DNA of 64,000 nt from positions 14,384,001-14,448,000 of the forward strand of contig NC_083417.1 in NCBI RefSeq assembly GCF_020745735.1, given 5' to 3'. Source of the stretch: Hemiscyllium ocellatum (taxonomy: Eukaryota). The notes under the pieces were generated by a model, which saw nothing but the letters and a program-made list of their open reading frames with translations, had not been told where the DNA came from and did not search any database. The position numbers and the translations under genes are program-made. Below are positions 36,873-50,435 of this stretch, in pieces (position 1 is the first letter of the stretch; each line of letters opens with the position of its first letter).

Positions 36873-38387
36873 GAGTATTCAACAATTGTACGTGGGATGC
36901 CAACTGAGGATCACATTGATATTATCTGTGACACCCTGCATATTTTAATCTCCTTCCCAATCTTCACCATCTAGTCTCACACAGGAAGAGTGGCTTCATG
37001 GGTAAAGCATGAATGAAGTACATTGAGCTATCATAAGTGGCTCCCTTCAGGAGAATATGTACTGCAATCTCATGCACTTTTATTGAATTTAAACTGAAAA
37101 GTGGAATCTCTCATATAAAATAGTTTTCAAAATCCTCTCTATACTTGGTGTAAAACAAAATTACTGGCGAAGATACTCAAAGGAAGTGTTGAACACAATG
37201 TAGCTTTCTTTTGATTTTTAAAAACCCTCCGTCTTCTTTGAATACAATGTCACAGTATCAGCAGCCCCATGAAGTTCTGTTGTTAAGGGCACGCAAGTCT
37301 TTGAGACTACATTCCCCACAGATTTAAGCAGCCAGGAGCTGCAAACACCCAGCATGTATAGTATGACAGAAAACCAGGATAAAATCACACCTTGTTTGCC
37401 CTTCCAGTGACCAAGAGGGAGTTTATTCATGCCAGTTTTCGCATTACTGTAATGGTTTCACAGCTCTTGAGGAGTGTTAGCGTAACACTAAATGATGCGT
37501 GACTTCGGGATGCCTTAGTGCTTTGCTGCTGTAAGAAGTCCTTTCTCTGCCTTTGTTTCCTCACCATTAACTGCAGCAAAATTAGTTTTCCCCTCCCCTA
37601 CCCCCATCTGTCTGATCCATTGACCTGATCATACTTTCATAGTGCCAATTTTTATAAGCCTTCAGGACTTGTGGAGCTCCATCATGCAAGGTTATCTTGC
37701 CTCACAGCATAAGACAGCTCTTACATTCATATTTAAACCTGATCTTATCAGGAAGTCCAAGTACATACTTGCCATTTAAAGAGAAGCGAGAAGATTAATG
37801 CATTTTGCTTATTAACCATCTACATGCAAATATAACGCCTATCCCCACATGTTTAAAGACATAATTAGATGTGCCTACAATGCAAAAATAGATGTAGGGG
37901 ATGCATTACTTAGCTTCTTAGTTATTTTAAAAGGTAATTGCCAAGAATGCAAACAAAGGTTTTTTTCAGATGGAGCTTCAAATATTTTGTTCATCCAGTA
38001 AAATAAGATCCAAGTTAAGCAAGGTTGAGATATTGCTCATGTAAAATTAATTCACAGAAAACAGCTGTATCATAGACCTGGATTTTATGCTTCCACTTAT
38101 TGCATTATTTAAATACATTTAAGTTTGAGGCATGCAGGAAAATCTGATTTCTGCACAAAACCTTGGAAGTGCATTTGCATCTCAAATGCTTGGAACAAAA
38201 TGAAACCCACCTTTATATTGAAAAGAAATCCTGGTATTCTTTAACTCCTTTTCAACAAAGTCAATGATCACAAAATTCGCTTCACGGAGCTTTAAATGCA
38301 GCCGGCAGTATACATAAGTGGGATAAGTTTAATCATCAGTGGCTGATTAGAATTGAGCAGATTTGAGAACAGGCAGGGGACTAGAAG

Positions 38388-38790
38388 GCCATAAAACATA
38401 GGAGCAGATTTAGGCCATTCGGCCCACCAAATCTGATCAGGTGTCAGGGAGATCACGGCTGATCTGATCGTGCTCAACTGCACTTTCTGCCTTTCCCCAT
38501 GACCTTTGATTCCTTACTGGTTAAAATTTCTCTATTTCAGCCTTGAATATACCAAATGACCCAGCCTTGACAGATCTCTGTTGCAAAGGATTTCACAGGT
38601 TCACTACTTTCTGAGAGAAGAAATTCCCTCTTCATCTTTGCCTTAAATATGAGATGCATTACTCTGAGATAATATCCTCTGGTCCTAGACTCTCCCAGAA
38701 AGGGAAACAAGCTTTCTGCAACTCCTAAGAAACTTGTATGTTTTAATAAAGTCTCCTCTCATTTTTCTAAACTCCAATGAGTACAGGCCC
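38388..38790 (-). mobile_element. CR1 3' fragment
   Basis: cataaaacataggagcagatttaggccattcggccc... cctctggtcctagactc. Confidence 0.8.
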
Positions 38791-38854
38791 ACACACTCTT
38801 CCACTGTCCAGGAAGTGAAAATGAATATGACCTCACTCGCCCCTATCATTTGTT

Positions 38855-39237
38855 AGCCTTGGCTCAAAAGGTCAAGGGTTTAAGCTCCAGATCGCAGAGT
38901 TAAGCAAGAAATCTAGTTTAGTTCAGTGCAGCATTGAGGGGATGCCAAACTGTCAAATATGCTGCAATGTTAAGTCTGTCTTCCCAGGAGATGTAAAAGA
39001 TCCAGTGGAATGATTTGAAAAGAAGACAGCTCCTACTGTTGGCATCCTGGCCAATATTTATCCCTCAACCAACATCTCAAAACCAATTCCTATTTGCTGC
39101 TTTTGTGATCTTGCTGTTCGCAAGTTGGCTGCTGCGTTTCTCTATTACAGTGGTGATTACTGTGCAACAGTATTCCATTGATTGGAAAGCATTTTTCGAC
39201 ATACCGAAGTTAAGAGAAGTGTCAAAGAAATGCAAAC
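38855..39237 (+). mobile_element. Deu-domain SINE
   Basis: gatgtaaaagatcc...tcctggccaatatttatccctcaaccaacatc. Confidence 0.75.
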
Positions 39238-39345
39238 ATACAGAATGGTGGAAAAAACCTCGCAGATGTGGCGGCATCTGTGGAGAGAGAATCAGAACAA
39301 ATGTCTGAGTCAAGTATGACTCTTTCTCCGAAGAGTCTTTCTCTC
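39235..39345 (-). mobile_element. Degraded PLE terminus (family 3-like)
   Basis: ggcggcatctgtggagagagaatcaga...gagtcaagtatgactctttc. Confidence 0.45.
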
Positions 39346-39559
39346 TTGCAGTTCAAAGAAAGGAAGACTTGTACCGTGGCTATTACAACCTCAGGAGATC
39401 CTACAATGGACTAAAGCCAAACGTGATAGCGCAATTTAAAAGTTTGCTCAAAACCCTTGAAAAGGGTTTGAAAATTGAAAATCACGTGATTCTGAGAGAA
39501 CATATGGGGAGATGGTTCCTGTCGACCTCAGAATTTTAAGATTATCCCGTAAAAATTGG

Positions 39560-40700
39560 TGCTTTCATTTGTACCCCCAGGAGGATGCTGTCAGGCAAAG
39601 CCTTGAGAAATCTCTTTGTCATGCTTGCTTGTATCCCTCATCCAGATATGAATGCCTTTTATTATTGCTTTGACCAAGTATGTTTTAAGCAGGCCAGTCT
39701 TGCTGATTATGCATCAGCATTAAATGGATTAGCCCACGAATGAACAAGAATGGGCCCAAAAGCTGTTTTCTCTTTTCCCTGCCTCCCTCCCTCCCTCCCT
39801 TTAATGCACAGTGCACTCAAAATGCTCTTATCGTAATGGCAATCAATAATTTAAGTCTATATTGGTACAATCTGTACAACACAATTGACAAACACCAGAC
39901 ACCTGGACCTTGGCTTTTTTTTTGTGAATACACATGTTTTGTTAAATAGGCAGGAGACTGAAGCAAATAGGGGCTGTCCTCATCTCTGTTCTAGGCAGCA
40001 GTCATGAAGCCAGCAGCTGATAAGCTGGTAATAGTCCTCCTTTGAGAACCTGGGTTTCTGCGTGCTGATTGCTCATTTATCACACCTGGCAGCCCTGCTG
40101 AACTATAATTACTCTTGTGTTATCCTACCTGCTTGTCAACTCCGAGGGAAGAAGCATGCTGGGGCTCCAAAGTGGAGGCAGATCCACCCCGAGACCTGCA
40201 CACGCACACACACAGATCTTTTTCATTGTAAATATTCAGCGATGGAGCCCGTTACATTGTGATTTATTTAGATAATGAACTGAACGACACGCTGAATAAA
40301 GGCAACTGCCCCCGCATACATGTTGCATTGCTGCCTCGGTCACCCCAAATTCAAACAAACCTATGCATGCTTTTCTAATTGTTTCAGCCCATTGAAAACA
40401 ATGGGGACTTGGCTTTTTAACTCTCTCTCTGTCTCTGTCTCTGCCTGCACCATTTCGAAAATACACAGTGTTTTAAGGCTGCTGCTTTCGGTGAACCGTC
40501 GGACAGAAGAGGGTTGAATATTTGGGCAGTGTGACTGACACACTGACCTGCACATCTGTCGTCATAATGGGTGTCATTGTACCCGACACCACTGTCCACT
40601 GTCTCTCTGCGCAAGATCTTTTACAGGTTACACAGTCATCAATAATTTTAACTTCACACTGAAGACAAAAAAACCCACAAGGATTATTTTACGGTTCTGA
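39560..40700. promoter_or_regulatory. Candidate conserved non-coding element / enhancer
   Basis: Repeat-free ~1.1 kb with dense homeodomain (TAAT), GATA, inverted Sox (CATTGaaaaCAATG) and palindromic TGCTGA..TCAGCA motifs. Inference only. Confidence 0.4.
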
Positions 40701-41477
40701 ACAAAAAAGCACATTTTTATTAAACTAACAGGCAAATGATTTATAAAGAATCAAAAGGAAAGATTAGCTTTAATGGTGGTAATGCTTACTCTGAAGAGTA
40801 CCCCTCCCCAATTCCATTGTGCTGCAGATTAGAAGTCTAATATAATGAGTATTGGAAAAAGGTCTGAGATTACAACAATAGGCTCAACCAGTAGGGCTTA
40901 AAATTCAAAACCAATCTTTTCCTTTACGATTCTTACACAGAAGGCTGGATATGATTTTTTTTAAATAAAGGAAAAGTTAATAGGTACAGGCTGAATCCTG
41001 ATAAATGCATAACTAGTTTGGGCGGAAATGTTATGCTTGGATCAGGATTATTCTTGGATCATTGCAGACAAAAATAGCCAATTTGCAAACCTTTGTACCA
41101 CAGCCCATTTAATCATTCATTCAGTAAATTTGATCTGAATGAAGTTTTGATTTTTCTTCCGTCTCAATAAAGCCAACAGAAATACCTAAATATATATGGA
41201 TATAGTCACTAGAAAAAGTGACTTGGCTTAAATGTGCTGCTGTTGCATTGTAATTGAAAATATTTTATTCTAATAAGAAGATGAAACAAAACCCAAACTT
41301 GGGAATCCTTTATATTATAGGAATTTTGCAGAATGAATGCTTTGGAATGGATTCTGCACATAGGGCATAATACAATTGGCATTTTCTGCGTTATTTTATT
41401 CATAAAGGATAGTGCTGGGGGGAAATGGGATGCTTTCGGTTTTGGGTATCCCACAGTCAGCATCGAACATCCCCAGA

Positions 41478-41611
41478 TGCAAAAACAGAGACTGCTGCAG
41501 AAACTCAGCAGGTCTGGTAACACCTGTGGAGAGAAAGCAGGTCCAAGTTTGAGTTTTTCCAGGAAATCCTGTTTTGTTTCAGATTACCAGCATCCACAGT
41601 TCTTTATTTTT
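41478..41611 (+). mobile_element. PLE-terminus palindromic mini-element (family 3), degraded
   Basis: caaaaacagagactgctgcagaaactcagcagg ... tgagtttttccaggaaatcctgttttgtttcagattaccagcatccacag. Confidence 0.7.
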
Positions 41612-41769
41612 CACACAGCACAGTTAGATGTCCAATCAATCTCTTTCTATAATATTCAAACTTTAGTGGACCACTCCCAAACTGGGTGATTTTTCAGTTT
41701 CCTGCACCAACAGTCAGGCTTGCATCCATGAGGAACTGCATTTTTAGGATTCTCCTAACTGCAAAAGAT

Positions 41770-42076
41770 GAGCGGCACGGTGGCTCAGTGGTTAGCACTG
41801 CGGCCGCACAGCACCATGGTCCCAGGTTTGAATCTAGCCTCGGACGACTGTCTGTGTGGTATTTGCACATTCTCCCCATGTCTGCATGGGTTTCCTCCGG
41901 ATGCTCTGGTTTCTTCCCACAGTCCAAAGATGTGCTGCTCAGATGAATTGGCCATGCTAAATTGCCCATAGTGTAAGGTGTCAGAGGGAAATGGGTTTAG
42001 GTGGGTTACTCTTCGGAGGGTCAGTGTGGACTTGTTGGGTCGAAAGGCCTATTTCCACACTGTAGGGAATCTAATC
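41770..42076 (+). mobile_element. HE1-type V-SINE, full length
   Basis: gcggcacggtggctcagtggttagcactgc...tttccacactgtagggaatctaatc. Confidence 0.9.
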
Positions 42077-42989
42077 ATTACTTTTCAGATGGGCAAAGTC
42101 TGAATGACCTTCACAACATTTGGAGCAAGATTTGAAACTATATCCAAGAAATAAGTGAGTGCTGATGATAAAGGGCACTATCTCACACACTGCACTGGTC
42201 ACTTGTCCTCATGGCAATTGTGTACTGTGTGAACAATTGGAAATTCATTTGTCTTCAAGTACATTTCGCTTGCTATCTTTAAACAACTGGTGCAGAGCAA
42301 TCAAAATGTTTAAAGGTCAAAGGTTGATTGGGTTACAAACATAATGCTATCAATTTCTTGGGGATCAGTTTGCAAAGCAGTGTGATGCCAACAACATGGC
42401 TCAACTCCCATCACCAGCTGAGGTTACCACTGGAGGACTTCTCTCTTCCCGTCTAAGGTATGGTGGTCCTCAGATGAATTCCCAACCACTTGTCCCTCTC
42501 TCTCTGTCTAATGAGAGAACAGCCTATGGTCTATTAAGACTGGAGCGACTTGGCTATCAATTTTTGGATGCAATGACTTTTTAAATCAATGTAGTTACTG
42601 ACATCAGCTCTCTTCTGAACAATTCCAAAATGACTGGCTATGTTTCCATGCTCTTAACTAAAGACCATGCTCTGGAATTTGCAGAAAGATTAACAATGAT
42701 TCAATTAACACTCACCATTATTCAGAAGTACATTGGACAGTAACTTCCAGTGACCACACATGTACAAATAACTTAAAATCAGGAACGTGCTGTCTGAGTT
42801 GCCATGTTCCTGCACAATCTTGAATATGTTGGTGCCTCACTGACAGGTCTAGCATTAGAAACACTGTGCAACATTACAGAGAAAAGGCAGAGGATTGGCA
42901 CTAAGTTAAAATGCTCAGAGAGCCGATGCAGATATGATTAGCCAAATGGCCTCATACTGTACCTTGTTTCTTAGGGATTCCCCTCTATC

Positions 42990-44050
42990 CTTCATTCATC
43001 TTTTGCTATTAATATGATTGAAAAACATGTTTCTATTTATTTTAGCGCAGCCTGCAATCCTTTCCTCATGCTTCATCTTAACCTTCCTTAATCTCACCTT
43101 CACCTCTCTCAGGCATTTAAGATAGTCTTCCTGATTTCGATTGCTAATTATCCTTCTGTTTATGCATCATATACCTCCTTTCTCTTCCTTGTTTTTTTCA
43201 AAATATCCTTCGTCATCCAGGGTACTTTTGCCTTGGATACCCTATATTTATTTCTCATGATTATGGACCTAGATTGTTTCCTATTTATGTCACTTTTGAA
43301 ATTCTCTCATTTTTTCATCCACCGTTTTCACCAAAATGCGTCTCCAATCAACCTGCTCCAGTTCACCTTTAATTATATAAACTTATTTACATACTTAGAT
43401 TTTGCCATTTTCCAGTATAGGATTTTAATTATTGATTGATTTCTATCCCTTTCCAACTTAATATTGAACCTTATTATCTTATGATTACTATTTCCCAAAT
43501 GCTTCTTTATTTTTACATTCTGTACTTGGCCTGCCTCATTTCCTCAGGGCAGATCCAGCACAGTTCCCTCCCTAGTAGGACTGAAAATGTACTGTTCCAG
43601 AATACACATTGCAGGAATTTCTCCCCTTCTGTGACTCACAATCTACCTTTCTTCCGGTCTCCCCGAGGGCAACTGACATCACCAACTATCACAACCATAC
43701 TTGTTCTGCAGGTTTCCATAATCTGCCTACAAACGGTCTCTTTTATTTCCTCACCACTAATTGGAGGTCCACAATAAATACCCAATAAGCTTCCTTCTTT
43801 TTCTCTTCTCCAACATATAGATTCTAATTCAGGAACTGCATCTTTTTCAAGGACAATGATACTATCTTTCTATCCCTCCTTCCCTTTTACCCACCCTGTT
43901 TCTACTAAAGGCCTTACAACCTGAGATGTCTGGTTTGAGCCACCTTTCTGTCAATGCTACTTTATCATATGCCCCAGAGCAATTCCTGCATCCAGTTCCC
44001 CAATTTTGTTCATGATACTCCATGCATTTGTGTAAGTACAATTTAACCCT
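42990..44050 (-). mobile_element. Old CR1 ORF2 5' part (APE endonuclease region)
   Basis: YDKVALTERWLKPDISGCKAFSRNRVGKREGGI resembles the CR1 APE motif YDvvAiTEtWL..i.GY..FrrdR..krGGGV. Confidence 0.65.
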
Positions 44051-44109
44051 GCCCTTATCTCTTCCTTGCTCATTGGAAGGCGACAATTTCTTTCACTGTC
44101 AATTCAGAG

Positions 44110-44420
44110 ACTCAATAGTTAGCGCTGTTGCCTCTTAGTGCCAGGGTCTCAGGTTCAATTCCAGCTTTGGGTGACTGTCTGCGTAGAGTTTGTCTGCATG
44201 TGTTTCTACCGGGTGTTCCGGTTCCTTCCATAGTCCAAAGATGCACAGGTTAGATGGTTTAGCCATGTTAAGTTGCCCATAGGGTCCAGGGATATTCAGG
44301 TTAGGTGGGTTATCCATGGTAAACACAGGGTAAGGGGGAGGGGTTGTTAATGATGCTGTCTGGAGGATTGGTGCAGACACAATGGGCCAAATGGTCTTTT
44401 CCAACACTGTGGATTCTATG
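44110..44420 (+). mobile_element. HE1-type V-SINE followed by a Deu-SINE tail (to ~44625)
   Basis: gttagcgctgttgcctc...ggttcaattccagc...agtccaaagatgcacaggttag. Confidence 0.75.
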
Positions 44421-45129
44421 AACACTCAGGCTTTCTCCACTTCTTTTCCCCCATTCCCCATCTTCTTTCTTTTGACCTCTCTGGTAGTTCCAGGCCATGA
44501 TATCTTTGATGGTTGTGGGATCTTGCTGTGTGCAGATTGGTTGCCATGGTTGCATATCATTGGCTGTAAAGTACTTTGGGGCATCCAGTGGTCATAAAAG
44601 GCACTTCATAAATACAAATTTTCCTCTTCTTTTATTAAACAATGAAACATAGTTATGCTGTAGTCTCCATATCTTTCTTAATGAGTGCTCAATTGTGGGC
44701 ACAAAATAAATGTCAAAGAGTTTGTTTGTGAAATGCAAAGTAAATTTTGAACGGAGAGAGAATGTCAGATGTTCTCCTGGCTATCTGGAAATCACAGATT
44801 AACACATCCTCAATTACAGTCTATTTGGAAAAATGTACCTGGAAGCTGTCAAACTGTGATTTAAATATTCAATAAAGTCAGAACCCAAATGGCAATTCTA
44901 TTTTAATAAGTTTTGTGTATCTGAAAAAAGGCACAAGTGCATGAAGAGTGACCAAATAGCCACAATAATGGATCACAATGTCACTGAGCTTTCCTGGTTT
45001 GGTTAATGAGTACAATTTTATAATCAAAGACAATCCATTACCAGTTTCTTTCAAGAGGGGAGGGTAATATTCCTAGCAGGGAGTTTAACAAGGCATAACT
45101 TTCAGCACATGTTGGCAAATTGTTTAAAT

Positions 45130-45880
45130 TGGAGACATTAAATTCACCTATAACATACCTTTAAGGAGCAGACTGAACTAGGGTGCAGGTACGTATTTTT
45201 TTGAAGTTTGCCTCACATATAGAAAAGGTGGTTAAAAAGGCATTTCGCATGCTTGCTTACATTGCTCAGTCCTTTGAGTATAGGAGTTGGGAAGTCATGT
45301 TGAGGTAGTACAGGACATTGGTGAGCCTTCTCTTGAATTATTGTGTCCAGTTCTGGTCACGCAGGTACAGGAAGGATATTATTAAGCTGGAGAGGGCTCA
45401 AAAGAGATTGACCAGGATGTTGCTGAGTATGAAAGATTTGAATTAGAAAGGTTGGATAGGCTGGGACTTTTTTCACTGGAATGTAATAGCTTGACAGACA
45501 ACCTGATAGAAGTCCATAACATAATGTGGGTATAGATAGAGTTAATGGTAGTTGTCTTTTCCCGAGGATGGGGAATTTCAAGATTAGGAGCACTTTTTAA
45601 GGTGAGAGGAGTAAGCTTTAAAAAAGACATGAGGGACAAATTGTTGACACAGAGGGTGTTCGTGCGTGGAATGAACTTCCTGAGGAAGTGGTGGGTGTGG
45701 GTACAATTAGAACATTTGCATAAGTACATGTGCAAAAGTACATGAATAGAAAATGTTTGGAGGGATTATGGGCCAGGAGCAGGCAGGTGGAACTAGTTTA
45801 ATTTGGGATTAGGTTTGGCATGTACTGGTTAGACTGAAGGGTTTGTTTCCGTGCTGCATGACCCTATGAATCTATGACTT
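45130..45880 (+). mobile_element. CR1 3' fragment
   Basis: ORF2 C-terminal motifs, ends ctatgaatctatgact. Confidence 0.85.
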
Positions 45881-46370
45881 AAGACCATAAGACCATAAGA
45901 CATTGGAATGGAAGTAAGGCCATTCAGCCCATCGAATCCACTCCGCCATTCAATCACGGCTGACGGGCATTTCAACTCCACTTACCCGCATTCCCCCCCA
46001 GCCCTTAATTCCTTGTGACATCAAGAATTTATCAATCTCTGCCTTGAAGACATTTAGCGTCCCGGCCTCCACTGCACTCTGCCGCAATGAATTCCACAGG
46101 CCCACCACTCTCTGGCTGAAGAAATGTCTCCGCATTTCTGTTCTGAATTTACCCCCTCTAATTCTAAGGCTGTTTCCACGGGTCCTAGTCTCCTCGCCTA
46201 ACGGAAACAATTCCTAGCGTCCACCCTTTCCAAGCCATATATTACCTTGTAAGTTTCTATTAGATCTCCCCTTAATCTTATAAACTCCAATGAATACAAT
46301 CCCAGGATCCTCAGCTGTTCCTCGTATGTTAGACCTACCAATCCAGGGATCATCCGTGTGAATCTCTTGA
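45881..46370 (-). mobile_element. CR1 3' fragment (different subfamily)
   Basis: RFTRMIPGL..LGLYSLEFIRLRGDLIETYK; FRTEMRRHFFSQRVVGLWNSL; (taagacca)n tail. Confidence 0.9.
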
Positions 46371-46724
46371 GATCAGGGTCCTCCAAAGTGTGGATCAGGG
46401 ACCCAAATGGAATCTTGAGCTGAAAGATACCCACTCGCATTAGTCTTCTCTCCCCTGCCCCCAATTTCCTCGGTCTTCCCCCCCACCTCTCAGCTTTCAC
46501 CAAAGTATTATGACAACCTTCTAAACCTAGAAATGGGTTCAGACTGGGAATAAGTTTGGGAAGCACTGCCTTAATTGTATTCCAACATTATAACTAATTA
46601 CTTCAGCGTTTATTTTCATTAAAATATCACATGAGGGAAAAGGATCAGAAAGCAGAACAGAAACAGACATCTTAATCTGTCAATTATATTCACGTCAGCC
46701 CACCATCACAGTTATCAAGGTTAA

Positions 46725-46885
46725 TACACTTGAGGATGTGCTGCACTGTCAGAGGTATGATCTTGTGATAACACATCACAGCAAATCACCCTTTGACCTG
46801 CCAGGTGAGTGTAAAAGATCTCATGGTAATATTTCAAAGAAAAGCAAAGGAGTTATCCCTAGTGTTCTTCAATCAATGTCACATT
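46725..46885 (+). mobile_element. Deu-domain SINE fragment
   Basis: gtgctgcactgtcagaggt...gtaaaagatctcatggtaatatttcaaagaaaagcaaaggagtt. Confidence 0.6.
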
Positions 46886-48349
46886 GCTGTGCCCCTTGCT
46901 GAGATATTTGTATCATCAATAGACTGAATGTTGGCTAACGTGGTGAGACTATATCAGAAAGGTGGTATGGAAAATCCTGGGAACTACAGACCAGTGAGCC
47001 TGACATCGGTGGTGGGCAAGTTGCTGAAGGGAATTCTGAAGGACAGGGCTTACATGTGTTTGGAAAGGCAAGGACTGATTAAGGAAGGTCAACATGGCTT
47101 CATGCGAAGGAAAGCATGTCTCATGAACTTGAGTTTTTTGAAGAAGTATCAAAGAGGATTGATGAGAGCAGAGCGGTGGACATGGTCTATATGGACTTCA
47201 GTAAGGTGTTCGACAAGGTTCCCCATGGGAGACTGGTTAGCAAGGTTAGATCTCATGGAATACAGGGAGAACTAGCCATTTGGATACAGAACTGGCTCGA
47301 AGGTAGAAGACAGACGGCAGTGGTGGAGGATTGTTTTTCAGACTGGAGGCCTGTGACCAGTGGAGTGCCGCAAGGATTGGTGCTGGGTCCACTACATTTC
47401 ATCCTTTATAAATGCTTTGGATATGAACATAGGAGGCATAGTTAATAAGTTTGCAGATGACACTAAAATTGGAGATGCAGTGGACAGCAAAGAAGGTTAT
47501 CTAAGAGTACAATGGGATCTTGATCAGATGGGCCAATGGGCTGAGGAGTGGCAGGTCTAGTTTAATTTATACAAATGCAAGGTGCTGCATTTTGGAAAGG
47601 CAAATCAGAGTAGGACTTATACACTTAATGGTAAAGTCCTGGGGAATGTTGCTGAACAAAGATTTTGGAGTGCAAGTTCATAATTCCTTGAAAGTGGAGT
47701 CGCAGGTAGATAGGATAGTGAAGAAGGCATTTGGTATGCTTTCCTTTATTTGTCAGAACATTGAGTGTAGGAGCTGGGAGGTCATTTTGTGGCTGTACAG
47801 GACATTGGTTAGGCCACCTTTGGAATATTGTATGCAATTCTGGTCTCTTTCCTATCAGAAATATGTTGTGAAACTTGAAAGGGCTCAGAAAAGATTTACA
47901 AGGATGTTGCCAGGGTTGGAGGATTTGAACTACAGGAGACGCTGAATAGGCTGGGGCTGTTTTCCCTGGAGCATCGAAAGCTGAAGGGTGACCTTACAGA
48001 AATTTATAAAATCAAAAGGGGCATGGATTGGATAAATAGACAAGGTCTTTTCCCTGGGGTGGGGGAATCCAGAACTAGAGGGCATCGGTTGAGGGTGAGA
48101 GGGGAGAGATTTAAAAGGGACCTAAGGGGCAAATTTTCCACACAAAGGGTGGTGCATGTATGGAATGAGCTACCAGAGGAAATGATGGAGGCAGTACAAT
48201 TACAAAATTTAACAGCATCTGGATGGGTATATGAATAGTAAGGTTTAGAGAGATATGGGCCAAATGCTGGCAAATGGGACTAGTTTAGGTTACGATATGG
48301 ACAAGTTGGACCGAAGGGTCTTTTTCCATGCTGTGCAATCTATGACTCT
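46886..48349 (+). mobile_element. CR1 (HER1-like) LINE 3' 1.46 kb
   Basis: [53 protein letters not shown]. Confidence 0.95.
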
Positions 48350-48422
48350 ATAACTGTCCATTATTACATTTCAGTTCATGGGAGTTTCCTGTTATATTAG
48401 CTGTTAATACAACTGTCAAGCC

Positions 48423-49850
48423 CACTCTCTGGGCTTGATAGTTACCATGTATAGTTAGTTTGAAGAGAAAGATAAGAGAAATTAAAATAAGAATATTAGC
48501 TGTTGTATTTCCTGCATTATAAACATGACTACTTTGACATGTCCAGTGGTTGTGAAAGGCACGATATAAATGCAAAAATTCTCTCATAATTTGTTCAAAC
48601 AGTGACTTCAGTGACCTTTTTTGACACTCATTTCCCTTTGACCTGCTGGGATAACAGTTGCATAATAATGGCGCAAATGGTGCAAACTTGCACGAGTGTG
48701 CAGTCAAAACTGTTCTACATCAACTCCAGTCTCAGGCAAGGACTCCAGCCCACGTACAACAGCAGCACAACCTTTCCATTTCTGTCATTCCACCTTTACA
48801 ACTGCACATGTTAAGTTCCATAATACTGGTTCTGAATATTTGTAGTTGCCTGGTGTTATAATGCATTACAATGAGCACCTAAGGTCTCGCCATTTTACTT
48901 TATGATTCTGATTTCCCATCATGGTTAATAATTTCTGCATTCCAGATGATATAGTAGTTCATTGTGGATGTCGATTGTTTTCAACTGAGACGGTCAGAAA
49001 ATGTTGCAAATTAACATCATAAGCTGCCATTGAGTAGGTGAGAAAGAGCAAACTGAGGTTTATTTGAGCAGGAATTGGTAAAGCCAAATATTTAATCTCT
49101 TCTTACTATCTTTCTGTAACATTGGAACAGCTAGAAACAGAAAAGCTGCAATTTTTGTGAAGCCATACACTGCAGCTTCAAATATCCAACCGCCGATTCC
49201 TGATCTTACATCAAAACCAACTGTGAAAACAACTGCTAGTGGCCTGTATAAGTGTCCTTTGTATTAAAATGTGTACACCAGGCTGCAATTGGATATTATT
49301 GCAGGCATGTAATTGTTCAGCGAGAAGGTATTATGTAAACACTGGGAAGGTCAAATTTACTTTGGATCAATGTGATCTGAACTGAATTTGATCTCCCGTG
49401 TAAATGGGATATCTGAGCAAAATTGTGTAATCAATACTAAATTTGGGGCTCTTTCATGCAGAGGAGTCAATTCTACAGGGAACTGGCTTGAAACAATTAG
49501 AATTCATGTACTTAAGAATCTTTGCCAGGAGAGGCAAGGGAAAAAAAGATTGAATAGTTTCTTCATATTCCTCATGATTCAGACAATCTCCATGATTGAA
49601 ATGCATCGAAAAATGCTCTAATCTGCTGCACTGTTCAAATTTCTGACATCCACCAACGGGACCCACTCCTGAACTAACTATATCCAAAACCCATGACATA
49701 AACACTGTTTCTTCTTTTGATCTCTCTATCACAGAATTGATTTTATTGAAGTTAATTGACCACGTGGACTAACAGCTCACTCTCTGGGCTTGATGGTTAC
49801 CATATATAGTTAGATGGAAGAGAAAGATAAGAGAAATTAAAGTAAGAATT
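48423..49850 (+). repeat. ~70-bp direct repeat pair (48423-48493 and 49778-49849)
   Basis: cactctctgggcttgat(a/g)gttaccat(g/a)tatagttag..gaagagaaagataagagaaattaaa(a/g)taagaat occurs twice. Confidence 0.85.
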
Positions 49851-49934
49851 AGGAACGTTATCAGCTTATTCATTTGCAAAACTTGTGGCTTATGATGTCT
49901 GAAATCTTGCTTATACTGCAGAACAGTTCCTGTG

Positions 49935-50435
49935 TAGAGTCATAGAGATGTACAGCATGGAAACAGACCCTTCAGTCCAACACGTCCTTGCCGACCAGAT
50001 ATCCCTACCCAATCTAGTCCCACTTGCCAGCACCTGGCCCATATCCTTCCAAACCCTTCCTATTCATATACCCATCCAAATGTCTCTTAAATGTTGCAAT
50101 TGTACCAGCCCCCATCACTTCCTCTGGCAGCTCATTCCATACACGTGCCACTCTCTGCATGAAAAAGTTGCCCCTTAGGTCTCTTTTATATCTTTCCCCT
50201 CTCACCCTAAACCTATGCCCTCTAGTTCTGGACTCCCCGACCCTAGGGAAAAGACTTTGTCTATTTATCCTATCCATGCCCCTCATAGTTTTGTAAACCT
50301 CTATAAGGTCTCCCCTCAGCCTCTGGTGCTCCAGGGAAAAAGCCCAAGCCTGCTCAGCCTCTCCCAATAGCTCAAATCCTCCAACCCTGGTAACATCCTT
50401 GTAAATCTTTTCTGAACCCTTTCAAGTTTCACAAC
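49935..50435 (-). mobile_element. CR1 3' fragment
   Basis: LRGDLIEVYK..SRTRGHRFRVRG..FFMQRVARVWNELP. Confidence 0.92.

Noticed and set aside
41770-41850. tRNA-like sequences at SINE heads (also 13427, 28700, 54235, 61869, 63535)
   Set aside because: They continue into SINE bodies and lack a complete cloverleaf, so they are not tRNA genes.
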